A stretch of 37,461 nt of DNA from an uncultured Bdellovibrionales bacterium (GCA_964406325.1 CAYORE010000018.1:1-37461); one strand, 5' to 3'; numbered from the stretch's first letter, positions 17,855 through 26,031 are shown. Program-made: numbers and translations. The notes: generated from the sequence alone by a model not told the origin.

Positions 17855-18169
17855 CGTTGATAACATCAGTAATGCCGTAGTAATTGTAGTAGTAGTGATG
17901 GCGTAATTAGTATTAGTATTAGTGAACTTATCTAGGGTTTTTAAAAATAATCAGAATTAATGGTAAAATAAACTAAAAATTTAAACTCCGAAAGAGTATG
18001 CTAAACAGATAGTTTATTAACAGGTTAATTTTACAATTTTGTTTACAGAAAAGTGTTAAAATGTTAAATAACTTTTTATAAAAGTTATTATTGACTATGC
18101 TAATATTTTAGTACCTTTCTGGGGATAATCTTAGATGAGTTAAGTATTAGTATTAGTGGGGAGGAAATA

Positions 18170-18413
18170 TTTTTAATATTTTCCACCAAAAAACCGCCTA
18201 CATCGGTAGCCGGTTTTTTTAATTGTGGTTTGGTGGACGCTAAGGGACTCGCCCTAACGGGCCGGCCCCTCCCCGTGCAAAGCACAAGGGTCCGGGCTTC
18301 GAGTCCCAAGTCCAAAAGCCAAGCAGTTGGCTTTTTAATATTTTCCACCAAAAAACCGCCTACATCGGTAGCCGGTTTTTTTAATTGTTGTTTGGTGGAC
18401 GCTAAGGGACTCG
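18170..18413 (-). repeat. Direct repeat of the tRNA-Val T-loop-to-CCA end plus terminator (18332-18413 and 18170-18251) bracketing an 80-nt GC-rich insert
   Basis: The two 82-bp copies differ at one position, with an offset of 162 bp. The insert carries an 8-bp arm (18300-18307) complementary to 18244-18251. Confidence 0.9.
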
Positions 18414-18470
18414 AACCCCTGACCCCTTCGGTGTAAACGAAGTGCTCTAAACCAACTGAGCTAAGCGTCC
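18393..18470 (-). tRNA. tRNA-Val (anticodon UAC), CCA encoded
   Basis: The reverse complement folds as GGACGCT-TA-GCTC-AGTTGGTTTA-GAGC-A-CTTCG-TTTACAC-CGAAG-GGGTC-AGGGG-TTCGAGT-CCCTT-AGCGTCC-A-CCA. Confidence 0.9.
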
Positions 18471-18622
18471 TTAAATATTTTTGGTAAGAGTAAGTGATTT
18501 TAAATTACTCAAAGCCTTTAACTGTTTGGCAGGGAAGAGTGTTTATTTCATTGCTTGAATCGCAATTCCTTAACCAATTTTTTGCAATAAATGATAATCA
18601 CTTATTTTCCTTGATTAAGATG

Positions 18623-18703
18623 TGCCCCGAAAGGGATTTGAACCCTTATGCCCAAAGGCCACGGCCCTCAACCGTGCGTGTATACCAATTCCACCATCGG
18701 GGC
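18623..18703 (-). tRNA. tRNA-Leu (anticodon GAG), long variable arm
   Basis: The reverse complement starts GCCCCGATGGTGGAATTGGTATACAC. Anticodon arm CACGG-TTGAGGG-CCGTG, variable arm GCCTTTGGGCAT, T arm AAGGG-TTCAAAT-CCCTT, 3' acceptor TCGGGGC-A. CCA is not encoded. Confidence 0.85.
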
Positions 18704-18719
18704 CGTCAATCCAAAATAT

Positions 18720-19301
18720 CTATTTTTTTTCCTTCTCTTCTTTATTCTCTTCTTTATTCTCTTCTTTATTCTCTTCTTTCTCTTCAGCTTTTTTCTTACC
18801 ACCTTGTTTATCTTCGTTACTTTTATTCTCTGCCTTTTCAGTTATTGTTTCTTTTTTGGCGTTGTCTGATACTTTGGTGCTTGTATCATCCTTCTTGTTG
18901 CCATCTTTATCATCAGTATTCTTTTGTTGATCGTTGATTAACTCTTCCTCCTCAACTTCAATAGCTTTCATTTTAGCGGCCTTACCAAATCGTTCCCGCA
19001 TATAGTACAACTTTGATCGACGCACCTTGCTGTGACGAAGGATTTCAATTTTTTGAACAACCGGACTAAAAATTGGGAAAATCATTTCAATACCGACTCC
19101 GCCGGACACACGACGAACGGTGATTGTCGGTGAAGAACTTTGTTTTCCTTTAACGGCAATTACCAAACCCTTGAAAACCTGAATTCTTTCTTTTTCTCCT
19201 TCTTTAATTTTTCGGTGTACTCTAACAATATCACCAACCTTAACTTTCGGCAAGTTGTTTTTCTGAAGTGATTTGTTGAAATCTACAATTTGTTGATCCA
19301 T
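18720..19301 (-). CDS. rplS: 50S ribosomal protein L19 with an acidic/lysine-rich C-terminal extension of about 75 aa
   Basis: The first 115 aa or so are canonical L19 (LPKVKVGDIVRVH...ERIQVFKGLVIAVKG...RRSKLYYMRER). The tail ends in (EENK)n, encoded by a 12-bp tandem repeat at 18735-18782. Confidence 0.9.
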   Translation of the reverse strand: MDQQIVDFNKSLQKNNLPKVKVGDIVRVHRKIKEGEKERIQVFKGLVIAVKGKQSSSPTITVRRVSGGVGIEMIFPIFSPVVQKIEILRHSKVRRSKLYYMRERFGKAAKMKAIEVEEEELINDQQKNTDDKDGNKKDDTSTKVSDNAKKETITEKAENKSNEDKQGGKKKAEEKEENKEENKEENKEEKEKK

Positions 19302-19380
19302 AGTATTATTATCTTATCCTTTTATTCCCTGTTAACTATTCTTTCAAAATAAAAAATAGCTTGTAAACAGCTCTTTCAAT

Positions 19381-19409
19381 AGAATAGTCTATTTTTTGAA
19401 AATAGTCAA
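19381..19409 (-). promoter_or_regulatory. Sigma70-like promoter for rplS / tRNA-Leu / tRNA-Val
   Basis: Minus strand reads TTGACT, a 17-nt spacer, then TATTCT, about 80 nt upstream of the rplS start. Confidence 0.4.
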
Positions 19410-19639
19410 GGGGTTGGTTTTTTTAGAGAAAATATGTTATGATTTATGGTGTAAGAATGGCTTGAAAAAAACTTAAAGAGTTTTCGGGAATAATTGATGA
19501 ATTGACAATTGGGAGAAATAATCATTTAAGAGCGGTCCGTTTGAAATTTGAAATTATCTTTGAACGGATTGGAGGTGGTCTCTGGAGATAAAAGGGACTG
19601 CTTATTTATAATTTACCTTATTTATATTTACAAAACAAA

Positions 19640-22165
19640 ATGACTAAACAAAGAAAAAAGAAAACCGGTAAAAAAAATAAAAATGAAGAAGTTTTACGAA
19701 GCGATGTAAAAAAACACATTGTGGCGGTGGTTTTGTTTTTATTCGCTTTAATTTTTACTTTGAGCATTTTTAATCAAGCCGGAATTGTAGGGAGGTTTAT
19801 AGGAAATATTTTGACGGCCCTTTTTGGCGTTGGTAAATATGCCTTACCTGTCTTGATGATGTCTTTGGGGGTAATGTATTTTAAGAAAATGCAACCAATC
19901 AGATATGCTCTGGCAACGACGGGAATGATTTTATTTTTTTTGTCGGGGCTTGGCTTGCTGCACCTTTTTTATGATTTGGATAAAATGGTAGACATTGCCA
20001 GAGAGGGATTGGGTGGCGGTTATATCGGTTTTGGAATCGCTTATTCTTTGTTGAAATTGGTGGGAAAATTCGTGGGAGCGATTACACTGTTTGCTTTAGC
20101 TTTAATCGGTTTTATGCTTTTGTTTAATTTGTCAATCTTCAACCTCCTTTATCGTTTGAAAGACAGTCTAAAGGATGAAGATGAAGGTGGGGATTTACCT
20201 GAACATTCCGGAGAGCCTCTTTTGTCAAAGGGAGATCAAGGCGAGAGTCTGATGAAAAGTTTAAATAAATCAACCGAAAGTGCTTCTTTACCGGAAAAGA
20301 AGAGGGGATTGTTTTCCGGATTGTTTAAGTGGAGAAAAAAGGAAAATGAAACACCGGTCAAAGAAAAAGAAGTAATGGTCAAGTCTGAAAACAAGGAGGA
20401 AGGGATTACCAAGAAAGATTTAAAAAATAACATTAAATCCATTAAATTTATTGACGATGGTTTGCCGGAAGTTAAAGACAATTCTAAAAACAACTCTACT
20501 CAAAATACCACCATTAAAAGTGTTACCACCGGAGGTGAAAATATTTTGACGGACACGAAAAAAAGCGGACAATCGGCGGTGAGAAAAACTTTTTCCAAGA
20601 AAAAGTTGGGCGAAAAAACCGATTGGAAACAACCGAAGGTTTCCATTTTTGAAAAAAGTCAAGATAACGAAGGAGAGGCGAATGTTGAGCAGAATATTGA
20701 GATTATCCAGCGAACTCTGGCGGACTTTGGAATTATCGTTGAGCCGGCCGGATATAATATCGGTCCAACCGTTACACAGTACACTTTTACTCCACCTTCC
20801 GGAGTAATGCTTAGTAAAATAGTCAATTTGCAAAGCAATTTGGCGTTGAGTTTGGCGGCACCGGCCGTTCGGGTGGAGGCGCCTATTCCGGGGACTTCCC
20901 TAATCGGCATAGAGGTTCCCAACACCAAACCGACTATGGTTCGTTTGGGAGGGTTGTTGGAAGAGGCGGAATTTCAAGCGGACGATTCTCATTTAACCAT
21001 CGCTTTGGGAAATGATGTTAATGGTAATTCCATCATTACTTCTTTGGAAAAAATGCCCCACCTGTTAGTGGCCGGTTCCACCAATACGGGAAAAAGTGTT
21101 TGTATTAATGTAATCCTTTCTTCTTTATTATTCAAAAACTCTCCTGATGATTTGCAATTAATTCTGGTTGACCCAAAACGAGTGGAACTTTCTTTTTATA
21201 ACGGCATTCCCCACTTATTGACTAAAGTTGTGGTGGATATGAATAAAGTGGTTGGTGTTTTGCGTTGGGCGACGGGAGAAATGGATACTCGTTATAAACT
21301 ACTGGAAGAAGCCGGCTCAAAAAATATCGTTACTTACAATGAAAAGGTGGAAATGGGAGAAATGCGTAAAATTACCAATGTGGAGACCGGCGAAATAACC
21401 GAAGAGCCATTTGAAAAAATGCCTTACTTGGTAATTGTAATAGACGAATTGGCCGATTTAATGGCTACTCACGGCAAAGAAGTGGAAGGCCTAATTGTTC
21501 GCTTGTCTCAAATGGCTCGGGCGGTTGGCATCCATTTAATTCTTTCCACTCAACGACCGGATACCAATGTTATTACGGGAACCATTAAAAATAATATTCC
21601 CGCCCGAATTGCTTTTAAAGTTGCCAGTCAAATTGACTCTCGAACAATTTTGGATAGACCGGGGGCGGAAAAATTATTGGGTAATGGAGATATGTTGTAT
21701 TTAGGACCGGGTTATCCTCAACCAATCAGAATTCAAGGACCTTTTGTTTCCGAATCGGAAACTCGCAAGTTGATTAAATATATCAAAAATCAAGGAAAGC
21801 GAACCAATTTTAACAGGAACGAAAAATTAAGAGAATCTTTGGAAAACAAATTGGAAGAAAAAATTGTAGCCGGCGATGTTTTGGAGGGAGAAAATTCAGA
21901 TGATGATGAATTATATCCGCAAGCCAAAGAGTTGGTAATTCAAGCTGGAAAGGCCTCCATTTCTTCCATTCAGAGAAAATTGCGGATTGGATATAATCGG
22001 GCGGCGAGAATAGTTGACTTATTGGAGAAAAACGGAGTGGTTGGCCCGGAAAACGGTTCTAAGCCCCGAGAGGTTTTAATTGCCGGTGAGCAGATGATGG
22101 ATGAAGTTTCCGGTCCGGAAGACGATATGGAGGTGCAAGCGGAAAGAGATCGCAGAGAGTTTTAA
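19640..22165 (+). CDS. ftsK: DNA translocase FtsK/SpoIIIE
   Basis: 841 aa: N-terminal multi-TM domain, low-complexity linker, motor domain with Walker A GSTNTGKS and Walker B VIVIDELADL, and a C-terminal gamma winged-helix (ISSIQRKLRIGYNRAARIVDLLE). Confidence 0.95.
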   Translation: MTKQRKKKTGKKNKNEEVLRSDVKKHIVAVVLFLFALIFTLSIFNQAGIVGRFIGNILTALFGVGKYALPVLMMSLGVMYFKKMQPIRYALATTGMILFFLSGLGLLHLFYDLDKMVDIAREGLGGGYIGFGIAYSLLKLVGKFVGAITLFALALIGFMLLFNLSIFNLLYRLKDSLKDEDEGGDLPEHSGEPLLSKGDQGESLMKSLNKSTESASLPEKKRGLFSGLFKWRKKENETPVKEKEVMVKSENKEEGITKKDLKNNIKSIKFIDDGLPEVKDNSKNNSTQNTTIKSVTTGGENILTDTKKSGQSAVRKTFSKKKLGEKTDWKQPKVSIFEKSQDNEGEANVEQNIEIIQRTLADFGIIVEPAGYNIGPTVTQYTFTPPSGVMLSKIVNLQSNLALSLAAPAVRVEAPIPGTSLIGIEVPNTKPTMVRLGGLLEEAEFQADDSHLTIALGNDVNGNSIITSLEKMPHLLVAGSTNTGKSVCINVILSSLLFKNSPDDLQLILVDPKRVELSFYNGIPHLLTKVVVDMNKVVGVLRWATGEMDTRYKLLEEAGSKNIVTYNEKVEMGEMRKITNVETGEITEEPFEKMPYLVIVIDELADLMATHGKEVEGLIVRLSQMARAVGIHLILSTQRPDTNVITGTIKNNIPARIAFKVASQIDSRTILDRPGAEKLLGNGDMLYLGPGYPQPIRIQGPFVSESETRKLIKYIKNQGKRTNFNRNEKLRESLENKLEEKIVAGDVLEGENSDDDELYPQAKELVIQAGKASISSIQRKLRIGYNRAARIVDLLEKNGVVGPENGSKPREVLIAGEQMMDEVSGPEDDMEVQAERDRREF

Positions 22166-22232
22166 GAGAATAGTTGGAAGAGTGACCCCAAAGTGATTTG
22201 CGGTTAATGATTAAATTTTTAATTTTCAAATT

Positions 22233-22940
22233 ATGCTGTTGGGTGGTTGGCAAAAAATGACTTTAATAGATTATCCGGGGAAAATTGCAACAACCGTTTT
22301 TACGGCCGGCTGTAATTTTCGGTGCCCGTTTTGTCACAATCCCGAATTGGTTTTAAGTTCGCAATTTACCGTTTCCGCTGCCGATGATAGTTTGGAGAAA
22401 GAATTTTTTGAATTTTTAAAAACCAGGCAAGGTAAATTGGACGGAGTTTGCATTACCGGAGGAGAACCAACTTTGCAACCGGACTTGGTGGAGTTTATGA
22501 CAAGAATCAAAGAGTTTGGCTTTGCGGTCAAACTGGACTCCAATGGAACTCGGCCGGATATTTTAAAAACAGTCATTGATAAAAAAATAGTAGACTATTT
22601 GGCAATGGATATTAAAAGTGATCCGAAGAATTACGAAAAAATTTGTCAGACTAAAGTTGATTTGGAAAGAATAAAAGATAGTGTAAATTTAATTAAAAAT
22701 TCCGGAGTGGACTATGAATTTCGGACGACGGTTGTACCCGGCTTGCATCAAGAAAAAGATTTTGAGAAAATTGCCGAGTGGTTGACGGACAGCCGTCGCT
22801 ATGTCTTGCAAAAATATCAAGATTATGGGAAAATTTTGGATGATGGATTAAGAGATAGAATTGCCGGAAAGGCCGAACCGGATTTAGAGAAGATTAAAAA
22901 AGTATTTGAGAAAAAAGTAGCGGAGGTTTTAATCAGGTGA
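22233..22940 (+). CDS. nrdG: Anaerobic ribonucleoside-triphosphate reductase activating protein-like radical SAM enzyme
   Basis: 235 aa. N-terminus MLLGGWQKMTLIDYPGK and the CNFRCPFCHN CxxxCxxC cluster are typical of the NrdG/PflA-like activase family. No nrdD is present in the window. Confidence 0.7.
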   Translation: MLLGGWQKMTLIDYPGKIATTVFTAGCNFRCPFCHNPELVLSSQFTVSAADDSLEKEFFEFLKTRQGKLDGVCITGGEPTLQPDLVEFMTRIKEFGFAVKLDSNGTRPDILKTVIDKKIVDYLAMDIKSDPKNYEKICQTKVDLERIKDSVNLIKNSGVDYEFRTTVVPGLHQEKDFEKIAEWLTDSRRYVLQKYQDYGKILDDGLRDRIAGKAEPDLEKIKKVFEKKVAEVLIR

Positions 22941-23012
22941 TTCTAAGATATTCGCTTGAGATTTAAAAAGTTTATAAAAGTTTACCGGTTAATAATTTTA
23001 TAAAATAAGAGT

Positions 23013-23759
23013 ATGGTTGGTTTTGGTGGTAGTTTCAAAGGTAGATCTTTTAGAGGAAAACAAGTTAGAAGAAGTTTTCCCGGCGGAAATAAACCGACCG
23101 GTCGGATTGGTGGTATTGTCAACAACGACAACGGTCGTTTCGGCGGTAGAGTCGGTGTTGCTTCCGGAGATTGTCGCACTAATCAATCCGGTATGACTTC
23201 GGATAATCTTTCCGGTAGCGATAGGTATAGACAGAATACTCCTTGGCAAAAAAAGAGGACAATAAAAACCGGCTGGAAAGATTCTTTTGGTAAGGCGATT
23301 TTTGGCGACCGAGAAAGACGACAGTTGCGAAGAGAAGAAAAAAAAGAGAGAGTGTTGAATGGACAAGCTGGAGAAATAAATCGTGGCTGGCGAGATGGTA
23401 AATTGCCGGAGGAATTATTGGGAATGGAAATTAAAATTGATCACCGAGTTAAGCCCGGTGAAGTTAAGTATGATTATCGCAAGAACACCGTTTCTATCAG
23501 TGAAGCGGATGGTTTGAAAAAGAGAGAGTTGCCAAAGCAAATTATCCAGCTGGCTCAATCGGAAAAATTCAGAAAAACAACGGGTGTGGGCAGGATGACG
23601 GCGGAGAAAAAACGAAGAATTAAAAAGATGTTACGAGGGAAGGGGGGAGCAGTTGAGAGGGCAGGTCAAAAAATATCAGCGACAGCCAAGCATAGCCGTC
23701 AAGGAAGTTCCGGGCGAAAAGTTCAACTTGGTAGCCTGGTTAATAAACGATTTAAATAG
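23013..23759 (+). CDS. Hypothetical very basic protein with an RGG/FG-rich N-terminus
   Basis: 248-aa ORF. N-terminus GFGGSFKGRSFRGKQVRRSFPGGNKPTGRIGG...GRFGGRVG. The C-terminal half shows weak similarity to the next gene product. The start codon is uncertain because the RBS is weak. Confidence 0.55.
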   Translation: MVGFGGSFKGRSFRGKQVRRSFPGGNKPTGRIGGIVNNDNGRFGGRVGVASGDCRTNQSGMTSDNLSGSDRYRQNTPWQKKRTIKTGWKDSFGKAIFGDRERRQLRREEKKERVLNGQAGEINRGWRDGKLPEELLGMEIKIDHRVKPGEVKYDYRKNTVSISEADGLKKRELPKQIIQLAQSEKFRKTTGVGRMTAEKKRRIKKMLRGKGGAVERAGQKISATAKHSRQGSSGRKVQLGSLVNKRFK

Positions 23760-23803
23760 GCAGGAGAAATTTTTTCAAAAGAATTAAATATTAAATTAAA
23801 TTT

Positions 23804-24301
23804 ATGGGGTTATTTTCATCAAGAAAAAATAGAGATTTAACTGCTCAGCCCGGCCAGCCCGGAGAAGACTCAACACAAGAGGGTGGAGAGCAAGAAAAAA
23901 AGAAAGGCGGCTTCCTTTCGGCCTTGTTTGCTTCTGATAAATATCGTAAATCTCCGGAGGAAAGAGAGGCGGAAAAAGAAAAGAAACAATTATCCAGCCG
24001 TTTGGGAAATTTGAAAATCAAAAGATACAATCGTTCAATGAATTTTCGGTATAATGATAACAAAAAAAGGATTGAGGTGGGGGAAAATTTTGAGATGAAG
24101 AAATTGCCGGAAATTGTTTATTTATTGGCCGATGGCAGTACTGTTTTTCGTCGGGATATTGGGGGAAGATTTGATTTGAAAGATCGTGAAGAATTAAGAC
24201 GAATTATCAGACGAAACAAAAATAAAGTGAGGAAGATGGAGAGAGCATTAAATGAAGGAAATGAGCGAAGGCAAGTAATTTATTTGAAAGAATTATTTTA
24301 A
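23804..24301 (+). CDS. Hypothetical basic protein, weak paralog of the 23013-23759 product
   Basis: 165 aa. The segment FRYNDNKKRIEVGENFEMKKLPEIVYLLADGSTVFRRDIGGRFDLKDREELRRIIR aligns by eye with VKYDYRKNTVSISEADGLKKRELPKQIIQLAQSEKFRKTTGVGRMTAEKKRRIKKMLR. Confidence 0.55.
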   Translation: MGLFSSRKNRDLTAQPGQPGEDSTQEGGEQEKKKGGFLSALFASDKYRKSPEEREAEKEKKQLSSRLGNLKIKRYNRSMNFRYNDNKKRIEVGENFEMKKLPEIVYLLADGSTVFRRDIGGRFDLKDREELRRIIRRNKNKVRKMERALNEGNERRQVIYLKELF

Positions 24302-24350
24302 AATTTTTTGACAGGAAATTAAAGTTTGCTTAAAAAATATTTGTTGATTT

Positions 24351-24572
24351 ATGCGAATTTATATCAAGGTCATCCCCAAAAGCAGTCGGAGTAAGGTGGA
24401 GAAACTGGCGGATAATACTTATAAAGTTTGGGTAACGGTTGTTCCGGAAAAAGGCAGGGCCAATAAAGAAGTGGTTAAATTATTGGCGAAATATTTTCGG
24501 GTAAGCAAGAGTCAAGTGGATATTGTTGGCGGACAAACAACCCGCACAAAAATAGTGGATATAAATCGGTAG
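24351..24572 (+). CDS. DUF167 (YggU-like, UPF0235) family protein
   Basis: 73 aa. IKVIPKSSRSKV...VWVTVVPEKGRANKEVVKLLAKYFRVSKSQVDIVGGQTTRTKIV matches the DUF167 pattern. Confidence 0.75.
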   Translation: MRIYIKVIPKSSRSKVEKLADNTYKVWVTVVPEKGRANKEVVKLLAKYFRVSKSQVDIVGGQTTRTKIVDINR

Positions 24573-24613
24573 TTTTTAGCAATCGTTTCAAAATTGAAAA
24601 TTTCATCAAAAGC

Positions 24614-25552
24614 TTAAAGTTGATTGATAATATTTTCAACATCAGTTAAGTTGGTAATTTGCACAGCTTGTTGACGAAGTGATTTGGGAGCTTTTAAATG
24701 ACGAAGGTAGGCGGAAAATTGAGTGCGAAAACCGACCAATCCTTTCTCGGTAAAATATTTATTCACTAATTCGGCGTGTCGCCAGATATGTCGTTTTTTT
24801 GTGTTCAAAGAAATTTGCCGATGTTGATTGTATTTGAAAAAGTATTTTATTTCTGAAAAAATCCAGGGATTGCCGATAGATGCTTGCCCAATCATCAGGT
24901 TTTGACAGCCTGTTTTCTCCGAATAAAATTTAGCATCTGCGGAAGTCTTGATGCCACCATTATAAACAATTGGAATAGGTAAAGTTTGATTTAATTCTTT
25001 AATAATTTGCCAATTCGGTTCTTCGGAAAACATTCCTTGCAGAGTACGAGCGTGAACAACCAATTGATCAAGTCCGGCCTCAACCAGACGGGGAGCAAAG
25101 TTTAAAATTTCCGTCGGTTCTTTAAGTCCCAACCTGGTCTTTAAGGAAAGGGGAAGGGAGATATTTTTTTTAACCTCTTTAATGATTTCAACGACAGCGG
25201 AAATATTTTCAAGTTGAATGGCTCCATAGCCACCTTTTTGGGCTTTGGGCACCGGACAACCAAGATTAATATCTAAGCCGGTTGGTTTAATTTCCTGTTC
25301 AATGATTTTGGCGGCTATAGCCATATTTTTCGGATCAGTGCCAAAAATTTGCACCCAATAGGGATGTTCGTTTTTATTGAATTTTTTAGCTAAAGTCAAA
25401 GATTTATTATTTTTCAGATTCTGTCTGACCAAGCCCTCGCTGGAAATCATTTCACTCCAAGTAACATCACAATCTAATTCGGAAGCGATTTGTCTGGTAG
25501 CTCGGGTGGTTATGTTGCACATTGGAGCAAGGTGTAAAATTGGTTCTATCAT
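24614..25552 (-). CDS. dus: tRNA-dihydrouridine synthase (Dus family)
   Basis: 312 aa. LAPMCNITTRATRQI, DINLGCPVPKAQKGGYGAIQL and the TIM-barrel pattern are typical of Dus enzymes. Confidence 0.85.
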   Translation of the reverse strand: MIEPILHLAPMCNITTRATRQIASELDCDVTWSEMISSEGLVRQNLKNNKSLTLAKKFNKNEHPYWVQIFGTDPKNMAIAAKIIEQEIKPTGLDINLGCPVPKAQKGGYGAIQLENISAVVEIIKEVKKNISLPLSLKTRLGLKEPTEILNFAPRLVEAGLDQLVVHARTLQGMFSEEPNWQIIKELNQTLPIPIVYNGGIKTSADAKFYSEKTGCQNLMIGQASIGNPWIFSEIKYFFKYNQHRQISLNTKKRHIWRHAELVNKYFTEKGLVGFRTQFSAYLRHLKAPKSLRQQAVQITNLTDVENIINQL

Positions 25553-25689
25553 TATGAAAAAAACATTAAAAATAATTAACGACTTTCCAAATTGGGAATG
25601 TGATAAAAATAAAGAAAGCGTAGTTTTAAACTTGTTTTCAATATAACAGATTTTTTAAAAGAGGTCTATTATTAGAAATTACCACCCCC

Positions 25690-25717
25690 TTGAATTATCT
25701 TTGTTTTGTGTTATACT
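25690..25717 (+). promoter_or_regulatory. Sigma70-like promoter (extended -10) upstream of tRNA-His
   Basis: TTGAAT (25690-25695), a 16-nt spacer ending in TGt, then TATACT (25712-25717), about 30 nt upstream of the tRNA. Confidence 0.5.
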
Positions 25718-25750
25718 ATATCAGGTAAAGAAATTGACGAGGGAATACAT

Positions 25751-25822
25751 GGCGGGTATAGTTCAGTGGTAGAACACTGGTTTGTGGCACCAGGTATGAG
25801 GGTTCGATTCCCTCTACTCGCC
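25751..25822 (+). tRNA. tRNA-His (anticodon GUG) with genome-encoded G-1
   Basis: G(-1)-GCGGGTA-TA-GTTC-AGTGGTA-GAAC-A-CTGGT-TTGTGGC-ACCAG-GTAT-GAGGG-TTCGATT-CCCTC-TACTCGC-C73. CCA is not encoded. Confidence 0.9.
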
Positions 25823-26031
25823 CGGAATATGATTAGCAAATTGAAATTCGGTAAAATCGTTTGTTAAATCATAAACAGACTTCTAGAAAATAAAAGTTAA
25901 GACATCTCCAAAAGAGGCCTGTTTTGTGTGAGGTAAGTTTTTGTATCCTCAATAATCTCAACAACAAATTATTTTTACCGTCAAGATTTAGTCAAATTAG
26001 TTAAAGACAATTAATCATTAATTTTAAAGAT

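Noticed and set aside
18100-18436. 83-aa (-) and 68-aa (+) ORFs over the tRNA-Val repeat module
   Set aside because: They overlap each other and the tRNA gene. Their internal repeats simply mirror the 82-bp DNA repeat. There is no coding evidence.
18494-18937. Three overlapping plus-strand ORFs (73-147 aa)
   Set aside because: They run through tRNA-Leu and antisense to the L19 tail. Their SLLY/FFIL repeats are the reverse translation of the (EENK)n repeat.
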